DNA of 64,000 nucleotides from a virus, in the IMG/VR virus record IMGVR_UViG_3300037200_000067, positions 10,260-74,259 of that record. One strand, given 5' to 3'. Position numbers and translations under genes: made by a program. The notes beneath the pieces are model-generated. The model saw only the letters and a program-made list of their open reading frames with translations. It was not told the DNA's origin and made no database searches. The stretch's first letter is position 1. Every line of letters starts with the position of its first letter. Below are positions 54,908 to 63,782 of the stretch, piece by piece.

Positions 54908-55461
54908 ACGCGACCGCACCGGCGATGCTGTTCAGCCGGACATGGGCAATGCCGCACCGGGACACATTCTCTGTGCCGCCGATCGGCGAATTTGTCTGGA
55001 AATATATGGTCGCCGCGCCCGTAAGCGCCGATCCGTTCGCGCGCAACGGGAGCCGGGCAACGTTCACGAATGACTTGGACCCGGCGACGGACGCTGCGCT
55101 CCACATGGATGCGGAGCAGGCTTGCAAACTCTGGACCGCGCAGGGCGTCCGGGCCGATCTGGCGATATTCGACCCGCCATATTCGCCGCGCCAGATTTCC
55201 GAGTGCTACAAGTCGATCGGCCTCAAAGTCGGCATGGAGGAAACACAAAACGCGCGGCTCTACAAGCGGGTGCGGGACGCGCTGGACCCGCTGGTCAAAC
55301 CGGGCGGCATTGTCCTCTCGTTCGGCTGGCAGAGCGCGGGCATGGGCGAAAAGCGTGGCTATGATCCGATTGAAATCCTGCTCGTCACGCACGGCGGCGC
55401 TCACAACGACACGATCTGCATCGCCGAACGGAAGCGCGTGAAAATGGACTTTTTCTCCTGA
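54904..55461 (+). CDS. adenine-specific DNA methyltransferase
   Basis: ADPFA, NDLDP, FDPPYS, HGGAHND. Confidence 0.8.
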   Translation: MNATAPAMLFSRTWAMPHRDTFSVPPIGEFVWKYMVAAPVSADPFARNGSRATFTNDLDPATDAALHMDAEQACKLWTAQGVRADLAIFDPPYSPRQISECYKSIGLKVGMEETQNARLYKRVRDALDPLVKPGGIVLSFGWQSAGMGEKRGYDPIEILLVTHGGAHNDTICIAERKRVKMDFFS

Positions 55462-56117
55462 TGGCATTCCTTCGCGCTTTGGACCTCTTTTGCGGCGCTG
55501 GCGGCGCAACGCGCGGGCTACAGCGCGCGGGCTTTCGCGTCACGGGCGTCGATATAAAGGCGCAACCTCGTTACGTCGGCGATCGGTTCATTCAAGCGGA
55601 CGTGCTGAACTGCGGGCTTGACATGGCGGAATTCGATTTCATTTGGGCGTCGCCGGTTTGCAAACGGTGGACGGATGGAGCCCCGGCGCGTATGCGCGCG
55701 GGCTCCGAATACCCTGATCAGATTGCCGCTACGCGCGCGATCATGGCCCGGCATCCTGCTACGTGCATCGAAAACGTCATGCGCGCTCCCCTGCGCGCGG
55801 ACATCGTGCTGCACGGAGACATGTTCCCCGGCCTTCGGGTCATACGGAGGCGGAAGTTTGAACTTTCGTGGCCTTTTTTTCAACTCGTGCCGCAGGCCCG
55901 CGTCGGGCTGCTGCGCAAGGGATTTGTCTGCGTGGTCGGCAAAGGAACGCCGAGCGGCGTGAGGGGCATGGGCCTCCCGAATGCCACAGCGGCTAACCGG
56001 CGCGACGCTATGGGCATCGACTGGATGAACGAGATTGAGCTGAGCCAATCAATCCCGCCAGCATATTCCGAATTCATCGCCCGCGCGTGGCTCGCTCAGC
56101 AAACGGTCGCCGCCTGA
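55461..56117 (+). CDS. C5-cytosine DNA methyltransferase (short phage type)
   Basis: LDLFCGAGG, ASPVC, IENV, R.R.FE, MGIDWM...L.Q.IPPAY. Confidence 0.88.
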   Translation: MAFLRALDLFCGAGGATRGLQRAGFRVTGVDIKAQPRYVGDRFIQADVLNCGLDMAEFDFIWASPVCKRWTDGAPARMRAGSEYPDQIAATRAIMARHPATCIENVMRAPLRADIVLHGDMFPGLRVIRRRKFELSWPFFQLVPQARVGLLRKGFVCVVGKGTPSGVRGMGLPNATAANRRDAMGIDWMNEIELSQSIPPAYSEFIARAWLAQQTVAA

Positions 56118-56347
56118 TGGCCACGCAAGCCCCCGCCTCAATCCACTCCCAATGCACCGCTCTTGCGGCCCTCCTCGAACACGGTGTCGCCGGGCTGATC
56201 AAAACCGGATTCCGCAAGAGCGAAGCGGAATATCTGGAGCCGCATCTTCAAGCCGCGCTCCGGACGCTGCGCAACGTCGCGCGCTATGAGAACGCCATGC
56301 GCGAGGCGATCATCAAGGCGAAAGAGGAGGAAAAGGGTGGAGGCTGA
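56117..56347 (+). CDS. hypothetical protein
   Basis: TGATG coupling. Confidence 0.5.
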   Translation: MATQAPASIHSQCTALAALLEHGVAGLIKTGFRKSEAEYLEPHLQAALRTLRNVARYENAMREAIIKAKEEEKGGG

Positions 56348-56534
56348 AACCACAGGCCAGCGTGGTTACCGTTGCGGCTCTGGCCACGGCCGCGCCAAAC
56401 TCACGGACGCCGCCGTGAAAGAAATACGCGGCTCGCCTTCCGTCCCGATCAAGGTGCTCGCGCGCCAGTTCGCGATCGGGGTGTCCACGGTCAAGAAAAT
56501 CCGGGCTGGCGCGATATGGAGGCATGTCGGGTGA
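56337..56534 (+). CDS. stand-alone HNH-associated HTH fragment
   Basis: G..HG.AKLT...V.EIR...LARQF.I..STV..I..G.IWRHV, no nuclease domain. Confidence 0.65.
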   Translation: MEAETTGQRGYRCGSGHGRAKLTDAAVKEIRGSPSVPIKVLARQFAIGVSTVKKIRAGAIWRHVG

Positions 56535-56971
56535 GCAGCCTCTGGAAACGCGCGAACGGCCCGCAATATCGGATGCTGAAAATCGTCGCGGGCGCGGTGC
56601 TGAACGCGGCGCATTTTCATCCAGGGAAGCCGGTCGACAAAAAGTTTGCCCGTTCGGTCGCAAAACGGGCTGTAGGGACGATCTCGTCGCAGTGGGCGGG
56701 ATTGTTGGCGGCGCCGAACAAGGCGTCGTCAGGCGCGGCGCGTGGGACGCCGGACCATACCGCGCGTCGCCGCAGAGCGTATCTGATGGCGCTCTGCAAA
56801 AGGGGGCCGGCGAGAGGCTACGATCGCTGGCCCCCACTTGCGATTGCCGTCAAGAATATCTCGCGGAAAATCCGCCCGGCGCGCGAAGCTGGCGACCACG
56901 CGCGCGCGGACGCCTATGTCGAATGCCTGAAGATCATCGCCAAGGCGGCAAAACAGGAGGTTGAGCAATGA
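56531..56971 (+). CDS. basic hypothetical protein
   Basis: GTGA coupling. Confidence 0.55.
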   Translation: MSSLWKRANGPQYRMLKIVAGAVLNAAHFHPGKPVDKKFARSVAKRAVGTISSQWAGLLAAPNKASSGAARGTPDHTARRRRAYLMALCKRGPARGYDRWPPLAIAVKNISRKIRPAREAGDHARADAYVECLKIIAKAAKQEVEQ

Positions 56972-58195
56972 CGATCAAGAGTGAAACCCAAGAGCAGGTG
57001 ATCGAAGCCATAAGGGTATCGTTCGGGGACCAAGTCGGCCTGCCGCTTGGCGCCGTCTTGGCCCTCAGCTCGCTAGCGAACCGCTGGCTTGCGACGCTGG
57101 GCATTCCCTACACTGCAGAGGACGTCAACGCGCTGACGGCTCTCCTCTGCCGAGCCAAGGAATTCAGGCTATGAGGATAACGGTGGCAATGGCAGACCCT
57201 GACGGTGTCCAGATCGCTGGATGCACACTGCAAACGCGCGCCCAGGTCAATCGGCTCGTCTTCGCGCTTGAACAGGCCCGCAACATCGTCTGGCCTTTCG
57301 AGTCGTTAGACCCCTCGCTCGTGCGAACGGAATGCAGCGTGCGGGTGAATGACGACGGCATTGAAACGTTCACGGCGCCGCCTCACCTGAAAGGACATTC
57401 CCCATGAGCGATGGTCTTGGATTCGTCCGGCGTGGCAATTGGGGTTCTCCCAAAATGCCCGACGACCTCCCGCCAAACAGCGTCACGTTCATGGCCGGCG
57501 ACAAAATCGCCATGCAAATCCTGCCCGGCGACCCGCCAAGGATTGTGGTGCCTGTCGGAATCAGCGTCGATGAGGCCGCGCGCGGGGTGCTGGAGGCGAT
57601 AAACCACTTCCTCGGCCGGCATCTGTGGACGACAAAGCCATGAGCGACGATACGGTCATCGGCCACGGGCGCGGCGTGCAGGGTTCGTCAGGCCCGGCAT
57701 TCGTGGGGCTTGTAGACCCGCCCGACGCAGTCATGGCAGCCCTGCGATCTCGCATCGAGCGCTGTGAGCGCCTCGTCTTTGAGCTTGCCGGCGCGATCGT
57801 GCGCAAAGGCTCCGAGCAAGACGGCAATTGGGGCTATCCGTTTTCCTATGACGAAATCCAGCGGATACGCCGCGCGCTGGCAACGCCAGCCGATCTTGAA
57901 CGCCTCCACATAGTTTCCGAGCCGCACGGATTGCCGAGGGACAAGCCATGACTGAAACCAAAGCCGAAACGAGCGTCCATTTGCATCGCGTGGCGCTGAA
58001 ATTCAGCGACGTTCCCGATCCCGTTGGAATCTCGAACAACTTGTCGATAGGGTTGCCAAAGCTAGAGGTTGACGTGCAGCGGCGCACCACGAAGCTAGAG
58101 CGCGACGAATTGAATACCAAATGCTCCCTTCGCCTCATATTCGTTGATCCGCTCGGCGACCAATGGACGGTCACGATTGAGAGAAGTGCGCCCCT

Positions 58196-58588
58196 ATGAG
58201 CGAAATCATTGAGCGCGTCGCGGCGGCGATGTACTGGCAGACGGTCGAGCGAGCGTCGCCTGATGCTGCCGCGCGAGGCGCGACGGTGCCATGGGCGGGG
58301 CTTCCCGACGATCGTAACCCAGTCCTCTCGGCGTGGTTCTGTCGGCGCTTCTGGCGTGACGCTGCGCGAGCCGCGATAAAGGCTGTAGGCGTCAGCAAGA
58401 TCACGAACGAATTGCTTGCTGCCCTTCGAGGCATGGAGGCTTTATATGGCAACCAGTATAACGCAGAATACGATTGGAAAATGAGGAATTTCGACGACTA
58501 TGACCAGACTGAGGAGGTCGTTGCCGCGCTAGCAGCTATCGAAAGCGCGGAGTATTTCGGCGCCATGATCGACGAGGCGCTGAAATGA
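58196..58588 (+). CDS. hypothetical protein
   Basis: MSEIIERVA...ARAAI...AMIDEALK frame typical of accessory phage ORFs. Confidence 0.6.
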   Translation: MSEIIERVAAAMYWQTVERASPDAAARGATVPWAGLPDDRNPVLSAWFCRRFWRDAARAAIKAVGVSKITNELLAALRGMEALYGNQYNAEYDWKMRNFDDYDQTEEVVAALAAIESAEYFGAMIDEALK

Positions 58589-59065
58589 GCGCACAATCGC
58601 CTCGGATGCGCGGGGGCGCTAAAAGGAAGCGCAATAGCCAAGGTTGGGCGATTTTTACAGGAAACGGGAGCGGCTGTCACCATGGATGCCCATCTATTTG
58701 GCCTGTTTACTTCGGTATTGGCGATAATTGCTGCCTGTATTTCCATCATTTTCGCAAGGAAAGCTATTCGGCGCTGTGAGGCGTGGGAAGCAGATTTGCG
58801 AGCAAGAGAGACAGCGATGCGGTCCAGGGGGAGCGGTACAGGGAGATGATCGATACAATCGTGGCGATCATTGCTATGGCTAGCGCAATCCTCGCAATGT
58901 TATTGGCCTTTTTAGCCTCCCGAGCCGCCACGCGCGCGTCCGCAGCCGCTGAGCGACTTAGTGCAACCTGCTCCGCTTGGATGGCGTCTTTCGCGCGGGA
59001 ATCTTCCTGATCTTTCTCGCTCCCGACTTGAAGACGCGCCGCTCTCGCGCTACTGACGCCTCGGA

Positions 59066-59226
59066 TGCGCGGCCGTTCGGAAGGACGAACCCGAGGCCTC
59101 GTCAGCCTTTGCGCAGCGGAGTGGGCGAATGGTAAGCCACACGGCTCTGAACGACGTGCCGTGGCACGCGAGTTCAAATCCTGCCTCCGGGTGCGAGCCG
59201 GTATCAAGCCCCGGCCCGCGCATCCA
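59066..59226 (+). ncRNA. tRNA-like RNA with a nested second tRNA-like unit
   Basis: 7-bp acceptor TGCGCGG/CCGCGCA + T + CCA; D-, anticodon- and T-like arms; inner cloverleaf at 59115-59191. Confidence 0.6.
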
Positions 59227-59235
59227 ACGCCTAAA

Positions 59236-59311
59236 TGGTGGAGACGGCCGGAATCGAACCGGCGACATTCTGCTTGCAAGGCAGACGCTCTCCCAACTGA
59301 GCTACGTCCCC
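59236..59311 (-). tRNA. tRNA-Ala(TGC)
   Basis: 76-nt cloverleaf GGGGACGTAGCTCAGTTGGGAGAGC...TTGCAA...GGTTCGATTCC...CTCCACCA; G3:U70; encoded CCA. Confidence 0.97.
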
Positions 59312-59316
59312 GAAAT

Positions 59317-59440
59317 GAGCGGGCGGCGTCACGCCGCTGGCCAACACCGTATCGCAGGTTTCCCAACGATTGCCCCGAAGGGTCGCGTGGCGATGTTGGC
59401 GACATCCACTGAGCCCCGCGCCTAGGGGCGCGCTCCGCTC
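59317..59440 (-). ncRNA. structured RNA upstream of tRNA-Ala
   Basis: 10-bp helix closing cUUCGg and gGAAAc hairpins; outer GAGCGG/CCGCTC helix. Confidence 0.5.
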
Positions 59441-59603
59441 GACTCAACGCGACAAGTCCGTGGGAGGACAGGAGACGCGATACCGAACGCGCCCGGCCGC
59501 CGCAAGGAATCAGCACAAGATCACAAAATAAGGCGTGGATAATGGCGCGTAGCGTTTGCCGCAAATTGCGCAAAGGCGGAAACTGCGGCCGGATTTTTGC
59601 GCG

Positions 59604-59846
59604 TCATCCCATTTGCGTGGAGCGAGGGGCAACCCTTGAAGGTTCCCGCCGCGCCAGTTCCATAGCCTCATATATCTGCCAAACTAAGCCCTCAGTTTCT
59701 TCAAAGCGGCTATCCCACTCGCAATAAGCATTTATGCCCGCCTCAATCATCTCAGGCGTGACTTCGATTTCCTCTTCGCGCGCGCTAGCCGCGTCATTGG
59801 ATGCGACGGTCGAATCGGTATTCATCGGCAACTTCACGCTCACCAT
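59604..59846 (-). CDS. hypothetical protein
   Basis: IEVTPEMIEAG motif. Confidence 0.55.
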   Translation of the reverse strand: MVSVKLPMNTDSTVASNDAASAREEEIEVTPEMIEAGINAYCEWDSRFEETEGLVWQIYEAMELARREPSRVAPRSTQMG

Positions 59847-60265
59847 TCTCCCCTCCGCATCTTGTCCAGCATGATTTCCGCATCCGTCCGCGTCCGTCGA
59901 TCCGCTGGCAACGGCCTTGGCCGTCGATCCACTTTCGCCAGGTCAGGATAAGCCATCGCCACCCGCTGGACGATCTCCAGCCGCCGATCGCCGTCGCGCG
60001 CAAGCACTTCCAGCCATTGCTCCAAAAACAAGCCGCCCTTGTCGTTGTTGCACTTGCGGCAGCAGACCACTTTCAGCGTCCCGCCCGCCCACATTGGCTT
60101 TACATGATCGCGGGTGCGCAGGAGATTATCGGCCTGCCGCGTCGGAATTCCCGCCGATCGGTGCGTCCGCTGCTCGCAATAGGTGCAGAGCAACTGGTTT
60201 CCTGTCACCTCGCCGAATGGCATAAATTCCATGTTCATTCGACAGCCCCTCCGCCACCATAGCAA
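59840..60265 (-). CDS. HNH endonuclease
   Basis: CTYC, TRDHVKP...GG, CRKCNNDKG. Confidence 0.85.
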   Translation of the reverse strand: MLWWRRGCRMNMEFMPFGEVTGNQLLCTYCEQRTHRSAGIPTRQADNLLRTRDHVKPMWAGGTLKVVCCRKCNNDKGGLFLEQWLEVLARDGDRRLEIVQRVAMAYPDLAKVDRRPRPLPADRRTRTDAEIMLDKMRRGEW

Positions 60266-60347
60266 CCCGCAACGATTCTGCTATAGTGGTCAAAGGGAAC
60301 GGATATAAATAAATATCCGCAGATATATTCCGGGGCTGAATATAAAT

Positions 60348-61703
60348 ATGGGGCGGCGTAAAAATATTATTTCGCACAATAAACCCTGGCCCGCTGATAA
60401 AGTGGAGCGCAGAGATATTTCATCCCTCGTCGGATACGAACGGAATTCCCGGCTTCACAGCCCCGAGCAAATCGCCAAAATCGCAAAGTCGATCACGGAA
60501 TTCGGTTTCACCAATCCTGTCCTGATCGATGAATCTGGCGGCATCATTGCAGGCCATGCGCGCGTCGCCGCAGCCAAGTCTCTCGGCATAACCGACGTTC
60601 CCTGCATCGTCGCAACAGGATGGTCGCCCGCGCAAAAGAAAGCGTATGTCATCGCCGACAATGCCCTCGCTCTCGGATCGACTTGGGACGAAGCGATGCT
60701 CAAGATCGAACTCGGCGATCTGCAAGGCATGGGCTTTGACCTGTCGCTCACCGGATTTTCACTCGACCAGATCAACGGGTTTATGGTCGATCGGTCGGCT
60801 GGGCTCACGGACCCTGATGATGCGCCAGAACCGCCAGCGTCGCCTATCAGCAAGCTCGGCGATGTTTGGGTGCTGGGAGGCCATCGGCTGGCCTGTGGGG
60901 ATTGCACGAGCCCGGCTGTCGTTGCGTCGGCGCTCGGAGGCGCAAAACCGCATTTGATGGTGACCGATCCACCGTATGGGGTTAGCTACGACCCGACATG
61001 GGCGGACGGCGGGGCCGTGATGGCACGAGCCAAGCGCAAAAGTGGGGCCTTCGGGCCGGTTATGAACGATGACCGCGAGGATTGGACTGCCGCGTGGACA
61101 CTGTTCTCGGGGCAAGTTGCGTATTGCTGGCATGCCGGTCTCCATGCCAATACGCAACTTGCCTTCGAGTCGTGCGGATTTGAACTCCGCTCACAGGTCA
61201 TATGGGCGAAATCGCACTTCGCAATTGGGCGTGGTCACTATCACGTTCAGCACGAGCCATGTTTCTACCTCGTGAGAAAGGGCGCGACTGCGCGTTGGGA
61301 AGGCGACCGCAAGCAAACGACCGTCTGGGCGATCGACAAACCGTCGAAATCCGAAACCGGCCATAGCACGCAGAAGCCGATCGAATGCATGAAGCGCCCG
61401 ATCGAAAACAACTCGAAGCCCGGCGACTTTGTCTACGAGCCGTTTTCCGGAAGCGGGACCACCATCATCGCGGGCGAAATGACGGGCCGGCGCGTTCTGG
61501 CGATCGAACTGTCGCCAGCATATTGCGACGTGGGGTGTTGCCGATGGCAGAGCTATGTGGGCGGCACGGCGATCCTGGAAGCGACGGGCGAGACCTTCGC
61601 CGAAGTGAAAGCGAGACGGGAATCGTCGGATGGTATCGCTACGTCCGGCACGCCGACATTGCCCGCTACGAATCAGAGGGATGGCGATGGTCTGCGGATT
61701 TAG
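60348..61703 (+). CDS. ParB-like domain fused to N4-C/N6-A DNA methyltransferase
   Basis: N.R.HS, FGFTNP, IIAGHAR, ADN; TDPPY, HSTQKP, EPFSGSGTT. Confidence 0.93.
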   Translation: MGRRKNIISHNKPWPADKVERRDISSLVGYERNSRLHSPEQIAKIAKSITEFGFTNPVLIDESGGIIAGHARVAAAKSLGITDVPCIVATGWSPAQKKAYVIADNALALGSTWDEAMLKIELGDLQGMGFDLSLTGFSLDQINGFMVDRSAGLTDPDDAPEPPASPISKLGDVWVLGGHRLACGDCTSPAVVASALGGAKPHLMVTDPPYGVSYDPTWADGGAVMARAKRKSGAFGPVMNDDREDWTAAWTLFSGQVAYCWHAGLHANTQLAFESCGFELRSQVIWAKSHFAIGRGHYHVQHEPCFYLVRKGATARWEGDRKQTTVWAIDKPSKSETGHSTQKPIECMKRPIENNSKPGDFVYEPFSGSGTTIIAGEMTGRRVLAIELSPAYCDVGCCRWQSYVGGTAILEATGETFAEVKARRESSDGIATSGTPTLPATNQRDGDGLRI

Positions 61704-61745
61704 GCCCGACACATGGACATTGGTGCGTCCTGATGGAGCGCGACG

Positions 61746-62186
61746 ATGAGCCGCTGGGGCGAGGGCCGCAAGCCACACGTTTCGACTGAGCAGAGCCGCA
61801 AATTCGTCGAGGCGATGGCGGCGACAAAAATGACTCAGGCGGAGATCGCGACGGTGATCGGCGTCTCGATCCCGACGCTGCTCAAATTCTATCGCCACGA
61901 ACTGAAAACCGCCGCGCTTAGAGCCAACGCCACGGTCGGCGCGACATGGTTCCAAGCCGCGACGGGCGGCGGAAAATGGCAAGACGCCAACATGACGGCC
62001 ATGATCTGGTGGACGAAGGTTCACATGAAGGCGAAAGAGCCGATCCAAGAGGTTCGCCATTCGGGCGCCATCGGCAGCTACGACATCACGAAATTGAGCG
62101 ATGAAGACCTTGACCACCTCCACGCAATCCTTAGCCGAACCCCTCTCATCGGTCACGATAAACGACCTGATGAGGGAGAAAGCTAG
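61746..62186 (+). CDS. terS: terminase small subunit
   Basis: HTH (IA.VIGVSIPTL.KFY..EL), TAMIWW.K; directly upstream of TerL. Confidence 0.75.
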   Translation: MSRWGEGRKPHVSTEQSRKFVEAMAATKMTQAEIATVIGVSIPTLLKFYRHELKTAALRANATVGATWFQAATGGGKWQDANMTAMIWWTKVHMKAKEPIQEVRHSGAIGSYDITKLSDEDLDHLHAILSRTPLIGHDKRPDEGES

Positions 62187-63630
62187 GCGCTACGCGACGC
62201 GGTCACGCGGAAACGAAACCCTAGCGGCGTTCATTCGCCTGATGCAGGCCGACTATCAGTTCGGCTGGTTCAGCCTGAATATCTGCGCGCGCCTCGACAA
62301 ATTTCTCGACGACGTCATCAACAAACGAAGCCCACGGCTGATGCTGTTCGCTCCGCCTCGCCACGGGAAGAGTCAGATCGTCTCGCGCATGTTTCCCGCC
62401 TATGCGCAGGGGCGATACCCGGACCTCCAGATCATCGCGACATCGTATGCCGCCGAACTCGCCAGCAAGACCAATCGCGAGGTCCAGCGCATTTTCGACG
62501 AACCAGCCTATCAAATGCTGTTCCCCGAAACGCGCCTGCCATCGGCCGGCGATCGGGCCTACGTCCGAAACAGCGATATCTTCGAGATCGTGGGCAAGCG
62601 CGGCGTCTATCGCTCAGCGGGCGTAGGCGGAGGCATTACGGGCATGGGCGGCGACGCGCTCATAATCGACGACCCGATCAAAGACGCAGCCGACGCAGCA
62701 TCGGCGGTTTACCGGGAAACCCTTTGGGAGTGGTATCAGTCCGTCCTCTACACCCGCCGCCAGCCCGGCGCGGGAATCGTGCTCGTCATGACGCGCTGGC
62801 ATCAATCGGACCTCGCGGGCCGGCTGCTGGAGGCGATGAAAAACGGCGCTGACCAGTGGGACGTCGTTTCCTACCCGGCCATCGCAGAACATGACGAGGA
62901 ATTCCGCAAGGAAGGCGAGGCGCTGCATCCCGAGCGCCACTCGCTCGAAAGCCTCTTGGCGACGCAGCGCGGCATGACCGCCTATGCGTGGGCGTCGCTT
63001 TTCCAGCAGCGGCCGGTTCCCCGCGAAGGCGGCATGTTCAAACTCGCGTGGTTCGCCGACAAGATCATTGATCCCGCAGCCGTGCCCACAACCGGCGTTT
63101 ATTGGTGGCGTCATTGGGACTTGGCCGCGACCAAAAGCAAAGACGCCGCGCGCACGGCCGGCGTGCTGATGGGCAAGACCCGTGACGGCCGGTTCATTGT
63201 TCGCGACGTCAAGCTCTGCCAAGAGGAAGCGCCCTACGTCCGGCGACTGATTCGCTCGACGGCTCAACTCGACGGCCGGGACGTGATGATCAGCTTCCCA
63301 CAAGACCCTGGGCAGGCCGGCAAGGGGCAGGCCTATGATCTGGTTTCGATGATGGCCGGATATGTCGCCAAGGCCGAACGGGAGGACGGGGATAAGGCGT
63401 TGCGCGCGGAGCCGTTCAGCGTACAATGCGAGGCTGGAAACATATATTTGGTGAAGGGCGACTGGAATAAAATATACGTTGACGAACTATGCGGATTCCC
63501 AAGCGGGAAGTGGAAGGATCAAGTCGACGCATCAAGCGGCGCATTCCTTCGGTTAACAATGGACGAGCCAAAATACGACGGCTCGCTCGATTGGGTTGGG
63601 GTTCTACCGCCTGTGAGGATGTCGGGGTGA
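62101..63630 (+). CDS. terL: terminase large subunit
   Basis: Walker A PPRHGKS, Walker B IIDDP, MTRWH, WDLA, DQVDA; true start may be slightly downstream. Confidence 0.95.
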   Translation: MKTLTTSTQSLAEPLSSVTINDLMREKARRYATRSRGNETLAAFIRLMQADYQFGWFSLNICARLDKFLDDVINKRSPRLMLFAPPRHGKSQIVSRMFPAYAQGRYPDLQIIATSYAAELASKTNREVQRIFDEPAYQMLFPETRLPSAGDRAYVRNSDIFEIVGKRGVYRSAGVGGGITGMGGDALIIDDPIKDAADAASAVYRETLWEWYQSVLYTRRQPGAGIVLVMTRWHQSDLAGRLLEAMKNGADQWDVVSYPAIAEHDEEFRKEGEALHPERHSLESLLATQRGMTAYAWASLFQQRPVPREGGMFKLAWFADKIIDPAAVPTTGVYWWRHWDLAATKSKDAARTAGVLMGKTRDGRFIVRDVKLCQEEAPYVRRLIRSTAQLDGRDVMISFPQDPGQAGKGQAYDLVSMMAGYVAKAEREDGDKALRAEPFSVQCEAGNIYLVKGDWNKIYVDELCGFPSGKWKDQVDASSGAFLRLTMDEPKYDGSLDWVGVLPPVRMSG

Positions 63631-63782
63631 TTCTCTACACCGTTCTCGTCTGGCTGAGCGGCCTCTTTGCAGCCGAGACGCTATTCTATGCGCGACTGGA
63701 CCAGCGCGGCCCCGCAATCGCAGCGGCGTCGATTATGGCCGGCTGCATGACCGTTGCGATAGCCTGTGAGGTGCGCTGGTGA
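63627..63782 (+). CDS. small membrane protein
   Basis: GTGA overlap with TerL stop; hydrophobic. Confidence 0.45.
   Translation: MILYTVLVWLSGLFAAETLFYARLDQRGPAIAAASIMAGCMTVAIACEVRW

Noticed and set aside
59115-59191. Functional stand-alone tRNA-Gln(CTG)
   Set aside because: Acceptor stem only 5 bp, T-stem mismatch, 7-nt anticodon-loop insertion, no CCA; treated as part of the nested RNA.
59236-59311. tRNA-Ala as an attL/attR prophage boundary
   Set aside because: Phage genes on both sides, no integrase, and I saw no duplicated 3' tRNA fragment.
58764-59573. 269-aa - strand ORF spanning the RNA island
   Set aside because: Runs through tRNA-Ala; only the last ~90 aa look protein-like.
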